The notes below the pieces were generated by a model that was not told the DNA's origin, searched no databases, and was given only the letters and a program-made list of their open reading frames with translations. Shown in pieces: positions 21,221 to 31,041 of a stretch of DNA of 32,000 bases (its first letter is position 1; every line of letters starts with the position of its first letter). Origin of the DNA: Zymomonas mobilis subsp. mobilis ATCC 10988 (lineage in GTDB: Bacteria; Pseudomonadota; Alphaproteobacteria; Sphingomonadales; Sphingomonadaceae); assembly GCF_000175255.2 (NCBI RefSeq), contig NC_017262.1, forward strand, positions 1,860,001-1,892,000. Reading direction: 5' to 3'. A program made the translations under genes and the position numbers.

Positions 21221-21547
21221 GTCATTTGAAATATTGAATAAGAAAGAATCAATTCTATTTACTTTGAAATTTAGGGACAGATTCTGAATCGCCATTCTGG
21301 CTATGCTTAAAAAATTTCAGCTTCCCGATAAAAATATATTAAGATTATTTAATGGTTAGAAACACAATAAGTAGAAAAAATAAAAAATTTTACCCTATAA
21401 ACAATAAGATATGCATTGATATTGATTATTATTAATTATTCTTCTTTTCAAGAAGACAGCTTCGCTATCATCGCTGCAATAGAATTTATCAGAGCGATTA
21501 AAATTAGTTTCTATACCACAATCTTTTTTTCACTCATAAAGTAAGAC

Positions 21548-22117
21548 ATGGTCTTTCTGAATCGCATTTATACTCGCGGCGGGGATGATGGTAAAACTGG
21601 TATAATCGGTGATATCCGTCTTTCTAAAAGCCATGCTCTCATAGACGCCATTGGTGAAATTGATGAAACCAATGCCGCGATCGGTGTCGCTTTAGCAAAA
21701 ATAACTGATCCTTTTTGTCAGGACAGATTAGGCCTTATTCAAAATGATCTTTTCGATCTTGGTGCAGATTTAGCGACGCCTTTTGAAAATAAGATTTCCT
21801 CTTCTCTCCGGATCACAGCTTCTCAAGTTGAAAGGTTAGAACTGGAAATAGACAGGATGAACCAAGATTTACCGGCTCTCAAAAGTTTTATTTTGCCGCA
21901 AGGGCAGGGGGGAATTGCTGAACTTCATCTTGCGCGTGCTATTGCTAGACGGGCTGAAAGAGCGCTTATCAGACTGAATGACAGTGACATTACGATCAAC
22001 GCTGGGATCCGTTGCTATGTAAACCGCTTGTCTGACTATCTTTTTGTGATGGCTCGATGGTTAGGGCAAAAACTAGAGCAAGAACAGCTTTGGGAACCCC
22101 GAAAAGGCAATAGCTAA
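21548..22117 (+). CDS. ATP:cob(I)alamin adenosyltransferase, PduO type
   Basis: The N-terminus RIYTRGGDDGKTG is the PduO-type ATP-binding motif. The protein is 189 aa and looks helical-bundle-like. Confidence 0.85.
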   Translation: MVFLNRIYTRGGDDGKTGIIGDIRLSKSHALIDAIGEIDETNAAIGVALAKITDPFCQDRLGLIQNDLFDLGADLATPFENKISSSLRITASQVERLELEIDRMNQDLPALKSFILPQGQGGIAELHLARAIARRAERALIRLNDSDITINAGIRCYVNRLSDYLFVMARWLGQKLEQEQLWEPRKGNS

Positions 22118-22250
22118 CAGGTTTTTATTTTACAGCTTTAGACATCATTAGGCAATTAAACGTCGTTATTTTTATTTTTCCCTTGTGGATCAGGCTTTTT
22201 TCCGCAAAAGCGACGTTAACGTAAAATTCTCTTGTTTTCGGAGCCTGTGC

Positions 22251-23156
22251 ATGTCCGCTACTTATGCCCCCGATAGAATCCTGCTTGAAAAGGCAGAGAC
22301 CTTATCCGAAGCGTTGCCTTATATTCAGCGATATGCCGGTAAGATTTTTGTCGTCAAATATGGCGGCCATGCCATGGGTAATCCCGATGCAGCGCAAGAC
22401 TTCGCAGAAGATATCGTTCTTTTAAAGGCGATCGGTATTCATCCCGTTGTTGTGCATGGGGGCGGGCCCCAAATCGGTAAGATGCTGAAGGCTTTAGGTG
22501 TCGAAAGCCAGTTTATTGATGGTTTACGAGTCACCGATAACGAAACAGCCAAGATTGCCGAGATGGTTTTATCAGGCGCTATCAATAAAGATATTGTTTC
22601 TTGGATTGGCCGCGCTGGTGGCCGCGCTGTTGGTATCTCCGGTAAAGACGCCAAACTTGTCGAAGTCGAAAAAGTCAAAAAGACCAGAAAGAATTCTACT
22701 GACGGGCAAGACGAAAATATTGATCTTGGTTTCGTGGGGCGTCCCGTTTCAGTTGACCGTCGCCTTATTGATACGCTGACACAATCCGGTATGATTCCGG
22801 TTGTTGCCCCTATCGGGGTAGGCGCTGATGGCGAAACCTATAATATCAATGCGGATACCATGGCAGGCGCTCTAGCCGCTGGTCTGGAAGCTGCACGCCT
22901 CTTCTTATTGACGGATGTTGCAGGCGTTCTTGATGCCGATAAGAAACTTCTACGGACATTAACGCCTTCCCAGATTGATAGCTTAACGAAGGCGGATGTT
23001 ATTTCAGGCGGTATGATCCCTAAACTGGAAACCTGTATCGAATCCGTCAAAAGTGGTGTTGATGCTGCTGTTATTCTGGATGGTCGCGTGCCACATTCTA
23101 TTCTGATTGAACTCTTTACCGAGCAAGGGGCTGGAACCCTTGTGAAGCTTGATTAA
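22251..23156 (+). CDS. argB: Acetylglutamate kinase
   Basis: [10 protein letters not shown] and [10 protein letters not shown] motifs. The start is set at [28 protein letters not shown], and the tracked start at 22185 adds 22 unlikely residues. Confidence 0.92.
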   Translation: MSATYAPDRILLEKAETLSEALPYIQRYAGKIFVVKYGGHAMGNPDAAQDFAEDIVLLKAIGIHPVVVHGGGPQIGKMLKALGVESQFIDGLRVTDNETAKIAEMVLSGAINKDIVSWIGRAGGRAVGISGKDAKLVEVEKVKKTRKNSTDGQDENIDLGFVGRPVSVDRRLIDTLTQSGMIPVVAPIGVGADGETYNINADTMAGALAAGLEAARLFLLTDVAGVLDADKKLLRTLTPSQIDSLTKADVISGGMIPKLETCIESVKSGVDAAVILDGRVPHSILIELFTEQGAGTLVKLD

Positions 23157-23176
23157 AAAAAGAATAGATAGAGATT

Positions 23177-23755
23177 ATGCTACGTCGGATTTATAACTGG
23201 ACGCTAAGAAGAGCAGCCGATCGGCATGCCTTATTATGGCTCGTGCTGCTGTCTTTTTCCGAAGCCTCGTTCTTTCCTATCCCGACCGAAGCCATGCTCG
23301 TGCCTATGGTTATAGCTCGTCGGGAAAAGGCATGGTTGATGGCATGGCTCGCTACCTTGGCATCTGTTGTCGGGGCTTTGTTTGGTTATGCGATAGGCTA
23401 TTACCTTTATAATAGCCTTGGCGGTTGGCTTATCCATCTTTATGGTTTGGAAGGAAAAGCGCATAGCTTTCAGGATTGGTATGCCCGATATGGGGCTATC
23501 GTAATCCTGGTAAAGGGATTGACCCCAATACCTTTTAAACTGGTCACGATTGCAAGCGGTTTTGCTCATTATAATATTTTGAGTTTTCTTGCCGCTGCCT
23601 TTGTTAGTCGCGGATTGCGCTTCTTCTGTGTCGCAGGGCTTTTACGCCGTTATGGCAAACCGATTGAACAATTCATTGAAAAAAGGCTGACCTTAGTTGC
23701 TTCCGCCTGCTTATTATTATTGGTTGGCGGCTTCGCTTTGGTGAAAGTCTTATAA
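23177..23755 (+). CDS. YqaA/DedA-superfamily inner membrane protein
   Basis: 192-aa protein with multiple TM helices. The LSFSEASFFPIPTEAMLVPM motif is typical of YqaA-type (SNARE-associated, PF09335) proteins. Confidence 0.8.
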   Translation: MLRRIYNWTLRRAADRHALLWLVLLSFSEASFFPIPTEAMLVPMVIARREKAWLMAWLATLASVVGALFGYAIGYYLYNSLGGWLIHLYGLEGKAHSFQDWYARYGAIVILVKGLTPIPFKLVTIASGFAHYNILSFLAAAFVSRGLRFFCVAGLLRRYGKPIEQFIEKRLTLVASACLLLLVGGFALVKVL

Positions 23756-23780
23756 AAGATAACAATAATAAAATCTGAAG

Positions 23781-23820
23781 ATATCATGCTTAATCATTTA
23801 TTTAGGCATGATATTTTTTA
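23781..23820 (+). terminator. Putative terminator after the yqaA-like gene
   Basis: ATATCATGC (23781-23789) pairs with GCATGATAT (23806-23814) and is followed by TTTTT. Confidence 0.5.
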
Positions 23821-24094
23821 GATATTTAATTAAAATCTCTATATGCAGTAATTCCCTAATTTGAAGGGATGTAAAAACACAGAAAAATGCATCTTCTTAA
23901 TTATATAAAAAATAATTTATTGTAATTTTTAGAAAATTTAAATAATTTAATTATAATAAAATGATATTAAAATAAGTACTTTATTACATCTATTGTTTAT
24001 ATACTTGATCAATATCTGTTGGTTTAGAAATGTCATCAAAGATATTCGAGATCAATCGCTAATAGGGCTAGACATCCTCTTAAAACAAAGAATG

Positions 24095-24238
<144 letters not shown>

Positions 24239-24463
24239 CTCAAGAATAACTATTTTATGGGGCAGGTGCGTTAGAAGTCCAAGCTGATGGCTTGATCCGA
24301 ACCGGGTCAATGTTGGCCAGCTGTTAGCTTTCCACTATTTTATTTCCAACGAATCCACCCTACTGGCAAGCCATATCCTCTATGCTCGAAGCTCAATACA
24401 TTATCGAAATACGATCGAGCCAATCATCCTTAAGATAAAAATAATTTGCTCCAAAAATATTTA

Positions 24464-24495
24464 AGGCAGCTTCCAGTTATGAACCGGCGCTGCCT
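24464..24495 (-). terminator. Putative terminator of the 270-aa OMP gene
   Basis: On the minus strand, AGGCAGC...GCTGCCT forms a stem with an 18-nt loop and is followed by TAAATATTTTTGG. Confidence 0.4.
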
Positions 24496-24558
24496 CAAAT
24501 ATAATCTATAGCCTAGATATTTTGTGCCTTAAATCACAAGATTTATAAGGCTGGAATC

Positions 24559-25371
24559 CTAGGGGAAACGGAAACCGAAACCAAGCGTTGCACGCGAACG
24601 AGACGTGTGGTTACCGAACTGCGTCCAGCGATACTGGGCGTTCATGAAGAAGTTCTTGGTGATCGAATATTCGATACCACCACCAACGGAATAGCCGTTG
24701 CTCCAACCGACATATTTGCTGTTTGGAGCAGCCACCCCGGCACCATTGACAGATACATTCCGCTGTTTACCAGAAGCATAACCACCAGCCATATAGATCA
24801 ACAGATCTTTGGTCGGAAGGAAGCCCATACGCAAAGTTGCATCCCATTCCTGGAACATTTTGCGGGCAGAATAGCTGTCCGTACCAATTTGTCCGATATT
24901 ATTACCCTGGCTACCGAGAGCAATGTTGTTACCAGCATTCTTTTCCCACATTTTACTGGGGTTCCAGTAGCTGCCTTCAACGCCGAAAACGAAGAAGTTA
25001 TCAACAACAGCATCAACACCGAGCGTGCCACCATAGCCCATGTTATTACGGCCAGTGGTGTGGTTTGCTTGGGCACGAGTCCAACCAATATCACCTTCAA
25101 CACGCAGACCGCGGAATTTGATGCCGCTGTGGTTAGCAACTTCATTTGGGTCTGGGGTCAGCGGAACGGGCTGAACAGCAGGCTGTGCGACAGTATCCTG
25201 AGCGACAACCGGCGCATCCTGAACAGGTGCGCTACCATCCGAAGCGGATGTGTCTGATACTGCTGGGGCGCCATAGGAAGGGGTCGCAGGCTGAGGTACA
25301 GTATCCTGTGCCCATGCCTGTGATGCAACCGCTGTGGTCAAGGCTGTTGCTGCAAGATAAAGCTTACGCAT
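24559..25371 (-). CDS. Outer-membrane beta-barrel protein (OMP_b-brl / Omp25-like small porin family) with a Pro/Ala/Val-rich N-terminal extension
   Basis: Signal peptide MRKLYLAATALTTAVASQAWA, alternating aromatic/Gly beta-strand pattern, C-terminal LGFGFRF, and a strong GGAG SD. It is a paralog of the next gene. Confidence 0.85.
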   Translation of the reverse strand: MRKLYLAATALTTAVASQAWAQDTVPQPATPSYGAPAVSDTSASDGSAPVQDAPVVAQDTVAQPAVQPVPLTPDPNEVANHSGIKFRGLRVEGDIGWTRAQANHTTGRNNMGYGGTLGVDAVVDNFFVFGVEGSYWNPSKMWEKNAGNNIALGSQGNNIGQIGTDSYSARKMFQEWDATLRMGFLPTKDLLIYMAGGYASGKQRNVSVNGAGVAAPNSKYVGWSNGYSVGGGIEYSITKNFFMNAQYRWTQFGNHTSRSRATLGFGFRFP

Positions 25372-25523
25372 GCAATATACTCCATTTCACATGCGACTTC
25401 GGGAATATTGATCGTCCGTAGTCGCTGTCGGAAAAGTTTTATACAAAGAAAAAAGTGCTAAACAAAGTTAGTTATTGACCCAACTTACTGTGTTTATACT
25501 CTCCGGTTCTGCTGACATGGACG

Positions 25524-25553
25524 ATTTTACACATAAATCCAATGTTATGCACC
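25524..25553 (-). promoter_or_regulatory. Candidate extended -10 promoter (TGTGTAAAAT) plus GGTGCAT box upstream of OMP gene 1
   Basis: On the minus strand this reads GGTGCAT-N10-TTATGTGTAAAAT. The same TTATGTGTAAAAT and GGTGCAT elements recur upstream of the paralog. Confidence 0.4.
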
Positions 25554-25622
25554 GCTCTATCTTATATTGCCCATTCCTATGTGGTAATGACGCAACAATT
25601 ATTTGAAGATAAAGCAACATTC

Positions 25623-25652
25623 AAGCTCCGGTTAAAAAGATAACCGGAGCTT
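25623..25652 (-). terminator. Stem-loop terminator after OMP gene 2
   Basis: Perfect 12-bp stem AAGCTCCGGTTA / TAACCGGAGCTT with a 6-nt loop, 14 nt beyond the stop codon. The U-tract on the minus strand is weak. Confidence 0.55.
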
Positions 25653-25665
25653 TATTTATGAAAAA

Positions 25666-26280
25666 TTATCTGAAGCGCACACCGAAGCCGAGCGTAGCAC
25701 GCTGGCGGGAGGTGTGATTAGAGAACTGAGAGTAACGATACTGGGCGTTCATGAAGAACATCTTGCTGATGGAATATTCAACACCACCACCGACGGAATA
25801 ACCATCGCTCCAGCCAACATTGCGGTAACCGCCAACGCCAGTACCGCCAACACCGGTATAAAGGGTGCGTTCACGGGTCGTTGCATAACCACCAACTGCA
25901 TAAAGCAGGATATCAGGCTGTGCGAGGAAACCCATACGGATAGAAGCATCCCACTCCTGGAAAGCTTTGGTAGAAACACTACCGCCATTACCGTTGGTTG
26001 CCATGTTGTTACCGTTATTGTCGCCCCACATTTTACTGGGGTTCCAATAGGTACCTTCTGCACCGACTACGAAATATTTACCGATCTGACCATCGATACC
26101 AGCGGTACCACCATAGCCCATGTTATTCTGGCCGACGCCATTTGCCCGCGCACGATCCCATCCGATGTCACCTTCAATACGGAAACCACGAAAGGTTGTC
26201 GGGGTATTTATAACCTGAGCCGGTGCCTGCGCCGCAATAGCAGCCGTTGCAACGGCGGCAGCAAAAATTATCTTACGCAT
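25666..26280 (-). CDS. Outer-membrane beta-barrel protein (OMP_b-brl / Omp25-like small porin family)
   Basis: Signal peptide MRKIIFAAAVATAAIAAQAPA and C-terminal LGFGVRFR. It shares blocks with the upstream paralog: EGDIGW, NNMGYGGT, YWNPSKMW, FQEWDA, FFMNAQYR, NHTSR. Confidence 0.85.
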   Translation of the reverse strand: MRKIIFAAAVATAAIAAQAPAQVINTPTTFRGFRIEGDIGWDRARANGVGQNNMGYGGTAGIDGQIGKYFVVGAEGTYWNPSKMWGDNNGNNMATNGNGGSVSTKAFQEWDASIRMGFLAQPDILLYAVGGYATTRERTLYTGVGGTGVGGYRNVGWSDGYSVGGGVEYSISKMFFMNAQYRYSQFSNHTSRQRATLGFGVRFR

Positions 26281-26319
26281 AAATTACTCCACTTCCGAAC
26301 TCGGCATGGTCTCTATATC

Positions 26320-26355
26320 ATTTTACACATAAGCAAAACGATAAGCTAATGCACC
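26320..26355 (-). promoter_or_regulatory. Candidate extended -10 promoter (TGTGTAAAAT) plus GGTGCAT box upstream of OMP gene 2
   Basis: On the minus strand this reads GGTGCAT-N16-TTATGTGTAAAAT, about 40 nt upstream of the ATG. The motif is shared with the paralog. Confidence 0.4.
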
Positions 26356-26672
26356 CATTCACGAGATATCTATTAACCTATAGTTTCGTAAATAGCATGT
26401 TTAAAATATTATTGCATAATATCGGGGTTGTATTGTTTATTTTTAGACTTGATTAGTAAAATATACTATAAAACAATGATTATGTTGCCATCGTGCAACA
26501 GATGGTAACGAAGAAATTCTCCTCATTATTTTCTTTACAAAGGCCCCGTTTTTAAAACTAAATTTCTAAAAATTAGATAATATTTATACAATAATATTAT
26601 GAATGTTCCGCCTCTATACCAAAGGCATAATAATTATCAATATTCAAAGTTGTCATTTTAAGGAATATTTTC

Positions 26673-27473
26673 ATGGCCGTGGCAATTGTTATACCCGCTC
26701 GTTTCGCCTCAACCCGTTATCCGGGCAAGCCTCTTGTGCCCTTGGCGGGGGCAGATGGTGACAAAAAGCCCCTTATTATACGGAGCTGGATGGCGGCATC
26801 TTCCGTCCGTGGTGTCGATCGTGTCGTTGTTGCAACAGATGATCAGCGTATTGCGGATGTTGTGCAAAAAGCGGGTGGCGAGGCTTTAATGACCCCGACA
26901 TCTTGCCGAAATGGAACCGAACGCTGTGCAGCTGTTCTCGATCAGCTTGGCGATGACTATGACCTGATTATCAATTTTCAGGGAGATGCGCCCTTAACAC
27001 CCGCTTTTATTGTTGAAAAGCTGATCGATATTATGAAAGACTCACCGGAATATGGTATTGCGACTCCTGCCGTGACGACTTCGCCCACCGTTCGGTTTCA
27101 GTTGTTCGATGACCAGAAGCAAGGTTTGGTTGGGGGAACAACCGTGGTTCGCAATAAGAAAGGTGAAGCGCTGTATTTTTCGAAATCAGTCATTCCTCAT
27201 CTTTCCAAGGCAGATCGCGCCGATCCTGATCTACCTGTTTTCTTACATATCGGCCTTTATGCTTACAGACCGGATACTTTGCGGCAATATGCGTCCCGAG
27301 CCCCTTCAAAATTGGAATTGATTGAAGGACTGGAACAATTACGCTTTTTGGATGAAGGAATAGCGGTTAAGGTTCCGCTCATCGACAAACCTGATCTTGA
27401 ATTATGGGAATTGAACAATCCGGTTGATCGTGACCTGATTGAAGCCACTTTAATGGCGCGTGGTATAAAATAA
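26673..27473 (+). CDS. kdsB: 3-deoxy-manno-octulosonate cytidylyltransferase (CMP-Kdo synthetase)
   Basis: N-terminal [15 protein letters not shown] motif. The length and the adjacency to kdsA fit. Confidence 0.9.
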   Translation: MAVAIVIPARFASTRYPGKPLVPLAGADGDKKPLIIRSWMAASSVRGVDRVVVATDDQRIADVVQKAGGEALMTPTSCRNGTERCAAVLDQLGDDYDLIINFQGDAPLTPAFIVEKLIDIMKDSPEYGIATPAVTTSPTVRFQLFDDQKQGLVGGTTVVRNKKGEALYFSKSVIPHLSKADRADPDLPVFLHIGLYAYRPDTLRQYASRAPSKLELIEGLEQLRFLDEGIAVKVPLIDKPDLELWELNNPVDRDLIEATLMARGIK

Positions 27474-27489
27474 GCGAAAGCAACATGCT

Positions 27490-28368
27490 ATGTCTAACAA
27501 ACTAAATAACCAATATCCGAGCCTTAATCTTTGTGGTCAGGAGGTTGGGCTTGGGCATAAATTATTTTTGATTGCAGGCCCCTGTGTCATTGAAACCGAG
27601 GATCTGACCCTAAGAACAGCCGAGCGGTTGAAAAAGATCGCTGAAAAGCTGGGCATTCTTTTGATCTACAAAAGCTCTTTTGACAAAGCGAATCGCTCTT
27701 CCAGCCAATCTTTCCGTGGCCCCGGTATAGATGAAGGCCTTCGTATTCTTGAAAAAGTGCAACGAGATGTTGGTCTGCCGGTTTTGACCGACGTGCATAC
27801 CGCCTCACAGGTGCAAACTGTTGCCGAAGTTGTAGATGTTTTGCAGACTCCTGCTTTTCTTGTCCGTCAAACTGACTTGATCGAAGCGGCCGCGGCCTCT
27901 GGCCGTCCGGTTAATATCAAAAAAGGACAGTTCTTGGCTCCGGGCGATATGGCCAATGTCGTTGCCAAAGCACGGGTCGCCGCTGCCGAAGTGGGTATCG
28001 CTGCCCCTTCTATTATGGTTGCAGAGCGCGGTGCCTGTTTCGGCTATAATAATCTGGTTTCCGATATGCGGGGATTGGTGATTATGCGGGAAACCAACTG
28101 TCCGTTGGTTTTTGATGCGACCCATTCTGTCCAACTCCCGGGTGGTCTTGGGAATAAGAGCAGTGGCGAGCGGCAGTTTGTTTCTGTTCTGGCGCGTGCT
28201 GCTGTTTCTGTCGGTATTGCCGGATTGTTCTTGGAAACGCATCCTGATCCGGCCAATGCTCTGTCGGATGGGCCTAATACGGTGCCGCTTGATCATCTGG
28301 AACCGTTACTGACCAATCTGGTTGATCTTGATAGCTTTGTGAAAGAACGCCACTTGATTGATCAATAA
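27490..28368 (+). CDS. kdsA: 3-deoxy-8-phosphooctulonate synthase (Kdo8P synthase)
   Basis: [20 protein letters not shown] and FDATHSVQ motifs are characteristic of KdsA. Confidence 0.92.
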   Translation: MSNKLNNQYPSLNLCGQEVGLGHKLFLIAGPCVIETEDLTLRTAERLKKIAEKLGILLIYKSSFDKANRSSSQSFRGPGIDEGLRILEKVQRDVGLPVLTDVHTASQVQTVAEVVDVLQTPAFLVRQTDLIEAAAASGRPVNIKKGQFLAPGDMANVVAKARVAAAEVGIAAPSIMVAERGACFGYNNLVSDMRGLVIMRETNCPLVFDATHSVQLPGGLGNKSSGERQFVSVLARAAVSVGIAGLFLETHPDPANALSDGPNTVPLDHLEPLLTNLVDLDSFVKERHLIDQ

Positions 28369-28500
28369 GAAGGTCAATCATTTGATTATATCTGATTTTT
28401 ATCCAGCGCTATTTTAAGAAAGAATCTGTCCCGTCAATATGTAAGTAACTTTTTTACCTTAAAAGCCAATTGGGCTTTGGTACAAAAAGGAGCGATGAGG

Positions 28501-29277
28501 ATGGGGCAGATTCAACAACCGATACAAGGGTATGACAGCACGTCACCTTGCGGCGACAATCGAGACCCACAGCCTTTCGACTTCAATTTTATTTTTGCTT
28601 TCCAGCCCATCGTCAATATCAAGAATGGCCACATTTACGCGCAAGAAGCCTTAGTTCGTGGATTAAAGGGCGAGGGGGCTCACAGCATTCTTTCCCGAAT
28701 TGATGAAAATAATCGCTATAGTTTTGACCAGAAAGCCCGTGATAAAGCTCTGCAATCGGCATTATCTTGTAATTGGGATGGTGCTATCAGTATCAACTTC
28801 ATGCCGAATGCCGTTTATTATCCCGAATATTGCCTTAGCCAGACGTTATCCACTTGTGAAAAGCTGGGGATCAATCCTGCTCGCCTTATTTTTGAATGGT
28901 CGGAAAAAGAATATCTCACCGAATATGACCATATTCGCCATGTTATCTCACGCTATAAGCATTTAAATTTTAAAGTTGCTTTTGATGATTTCGGCGGCCT
29001 TTATTCGAATTTTAATCTTTTGACAGCCTATCATCCCGATATCATCAAGCTCGATCGGCATTATGTTGTTGGCATCGAACATGACAAAAGACGGCGTGCC
29101 GTTGTCAAAGCGATGGTAGGTCTATGTCGCGATCTTGGTATCGATTTTGTCGTCGAAGGCGTCGAAACAATAGAAGAATTTAAAGTTTTGCAAGACCTTG
29201 GTGTTGATTTGATGCAAGGTTTTTTGTTGGCTCGCCCTGCATTGATGCAAATGCCACAGGCAACGATGCCCCCTTAA
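28501..29277 (+). CDS. Stand-alone EAL-domain protein (putative c-di-GMP phosphodiesterase)
   Basis: FQPIV...QEALVR (EAL), SINFMPN, EWSE, FDDFG, IIKLD, EGVE and QGFLLARP: the catalytic-residue set appears complete. The start is set at the ATG at 28501, 8 nt after AAGGAG; the tracked ORF begins at TTG 28477. Confidence 0.85.
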   Translation: MGQIQQPIQGYDSTSPCGDNRDPQPFDFNFIFAFQPIVNIKNGHIYAQEALVRGLKGEGAHSILSRIDENNRYSFDQKARDKALQSALSCNWDGAISINFMPNAVYYPEYCLSQTLSTCEKLGINPARLIFEWSEKEYLTEYDHIRHVISRYKHLNFKVAFDDFGGLYSNFNLLTAYHPDIIKLDRHYVVGIEHDKRRRAVVKAMVGLCRDLGIDFVVEGVETIEEFKVLQDLGVDLMQGFLLARPALMQMPQATMPP

Positions 29278-29497
29278 GAAAAGGGCGTTACCTTAATAGA
29301 ATGAAAGGTCTATTTTTTGACTATCCCAGAAGAATAGAAACAGATGAGATAATCCTATTCTCCATAGAAGAAAGCTAAACTCTCTTCCTTCCAGATAAAA
29401 AGTTAAGGTCGATATTGCCATTTACCCTTGGCAAAAATGAATAATTGCGTTACTAGCCCGCTTCATATCGACTAGAATAATGGTTGCTGCCATTTGC

Positions 29498-29587
<90 letters not shown>

Positions 29588-29596
29588 TAAAACAGC

Positions 29597-30937
29597 TTAA
29601 TTCCCTGAAAGATTTTTAGCGATTTTAACGGCATAACGATCAGTCATGCCAGACACACAATCCGTTAAAGCATGAAGCGCCTCATAAGGGGTTCCGACGC
29701 CTCTTATATCAATCCCGACTGTCCGGCATAACTGTCGATGATAAGCTTCCAGTTTTTCACTATCCCAATTTTTTTGCATCAAATCATCAAGGATAGGCAA
29801 AATACCATTCAAAATTCGGTGGATTACATTTCTGCCATAGACTTCTAACTCAGTCTTTCTGCGCGATGTGAATAAACGATCTTCCGCTATATTTCTGATT
29901 TTCTTAAAACCCTCTTTGATGCTAGATTCTTCGATCAGGGATGTCGAAAATTGTCCTGACATCAATGCATCATAATGGGCTTTAAACGCTTCGACACAGG
30001 CATCAATCGCTCTACCAATACAAACAGCCCGAGCATGAGCAATCTCTTCGGTGTTATTATAATCTGGCTGCTTAGGAGGAAGGAGGTCTGGAGCGATTGT
30101 TTTGAAAAGATGGATAATTTCATCTTTACCTAAATCGCCTGAAGCATAGGCATCTTCAAGATCAAGGATATTGTAGCAAATATCATCTGCGGCTTCGACC
30201 AGAAAAACTAACGGATCACGCCGCCACCAGCAGCGATCATTCGTCTTTTCAGATTTTAGCTCAAGGGCTTCAGCCACTTCTTCAAAAAGAGCTAATTCAC
30301 TTTTAAAAATACCGCTTTTTTTAAGACCGCAATAGGGGTGATCTGTAAAGGCCTGCTTTTGAATATCAGCTGTTACCGGATATTTAACAAAAGCTCCCAA
30401 TACACCATAAGACAGGCGCATCCCTCCCTCATAGCGGTACATTTCAAGCTGGGTCAGCAAACGAAAGCCTTGGGCATTGCCGTCAAAACTCTTAAATTCT
30501 TCTCTGTCTTCAGGCGCAATGGCTTTTAACAAAGGGGATGATTCTGCCATTTTTTGAGCGAACCACGCGCCGATGGCATTTTCTCCGGCATGACCAAAAG
30601 GCGGATTGCCAATATCATGGGCAAGACAAGCCGCTTGAACAATCCCAGCAATAGTGTGGCGTTCTCCTTCTGTAATTTCCTTTTGATTTTCTAGCCAATG
30701 ACCGATTTTTATACCCAAAGATCTTCCAACACTGGCGGTTTCAACGCTATGAATAAGACGATGATGAATATGGTCATTTTCATAAAGCGGATGAACTTGC
30801 GTTTTATTCGCCAACCGCCGGAAAGCGGATGAAAAAGTAATCCGGTCTGCATCTTGAATAAAAGCAGGGCGATCCTGATTTTGCTGATAATCAGGTGCCG
30901 ATAGCCGCTTGTGGCTCAGTAGTCTTTCCCATTTCAT
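29597..30937 (-). CDS. dGTPase-like deoxynucleoside triphosphate triphosphohydrolase (HD domain)
   Basis: HD-domain metal ligands (HRLIHSVE ... CLAHDIGNPPFGHAGE ... D). The 446-aa length is typical of the Dgt-like type 2 family. Confidence 0.88.
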   Translation of the reverse strand: MKWERLLSHKRLSAPDYQQNQDRPAFIQDADRITFSSAFRRLANKTQVHPLYENDHIHHRLIHSVETASVGRSLGIKIGHWLENQKEITEGERHTIAGIVQAACLAHDIGNPPFGHAGENAIGAWFAQKMAESSPLLKAIAPEDREEFKSFDGNAQGFRLLTQLEMYRYEGGMRLSYGVLGAFVKYPVTADIQKQAFTDHPYCGLKKSGIFKSELALFEEVAEALELKSEKTNDRCWWRRDPLVFLVEAADDICYNILDLEDAYASGDLGKDEIIHLFKTIAPDLLPPKQPDYNNTEEIAHARAVCIGRAIDACVEAFKAHYDALMSGQFSTSLIEESSIKEGFKKIRNIAEDRLFTSRRKTELEVYGRNVIHRILNGILPILDDLMQKNWDSEKLEAYHRQLCRTVGIDIRGVGTPYEALHALTDCVSGMTDRYAVKIAKNLSGN

Positions 30938-31041
30938 TTCGTCTATTCCAAAGAGATTTATTCAAATATCACTATAAAATAGGTCGCTTCGGGATAGAAA
31001 ACAGTCGGTCTTCCCTATTTTAATTTGATCAAGGTATTCCA

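Noticed and set aside
24607-26349. Long antisense ORFs (216 aa at 24607-25257 and 211 aa at 25714-26349) that mirror both OMP genes and look 'conserved' with each other.
   Set aside because: The minus-strand frames carry signal peptides, beta-barrel motifs, GGAG SDs and terminators. The antisense frames stay open because of the Gly/Asn/Thr-rich codon composition. Their mutual similarity simply reflects the sense-strand paralogy.
29597-30937. dGTPase-like gene as an anti-phage dNTP-depletion defence system.
   Set aside because: The context is purely housekeeping, with no island, integrase or neighbouring defence genes. The protein looks like the widespread Dgt-like type 2 enzyme. I have no evidence for a defence role.
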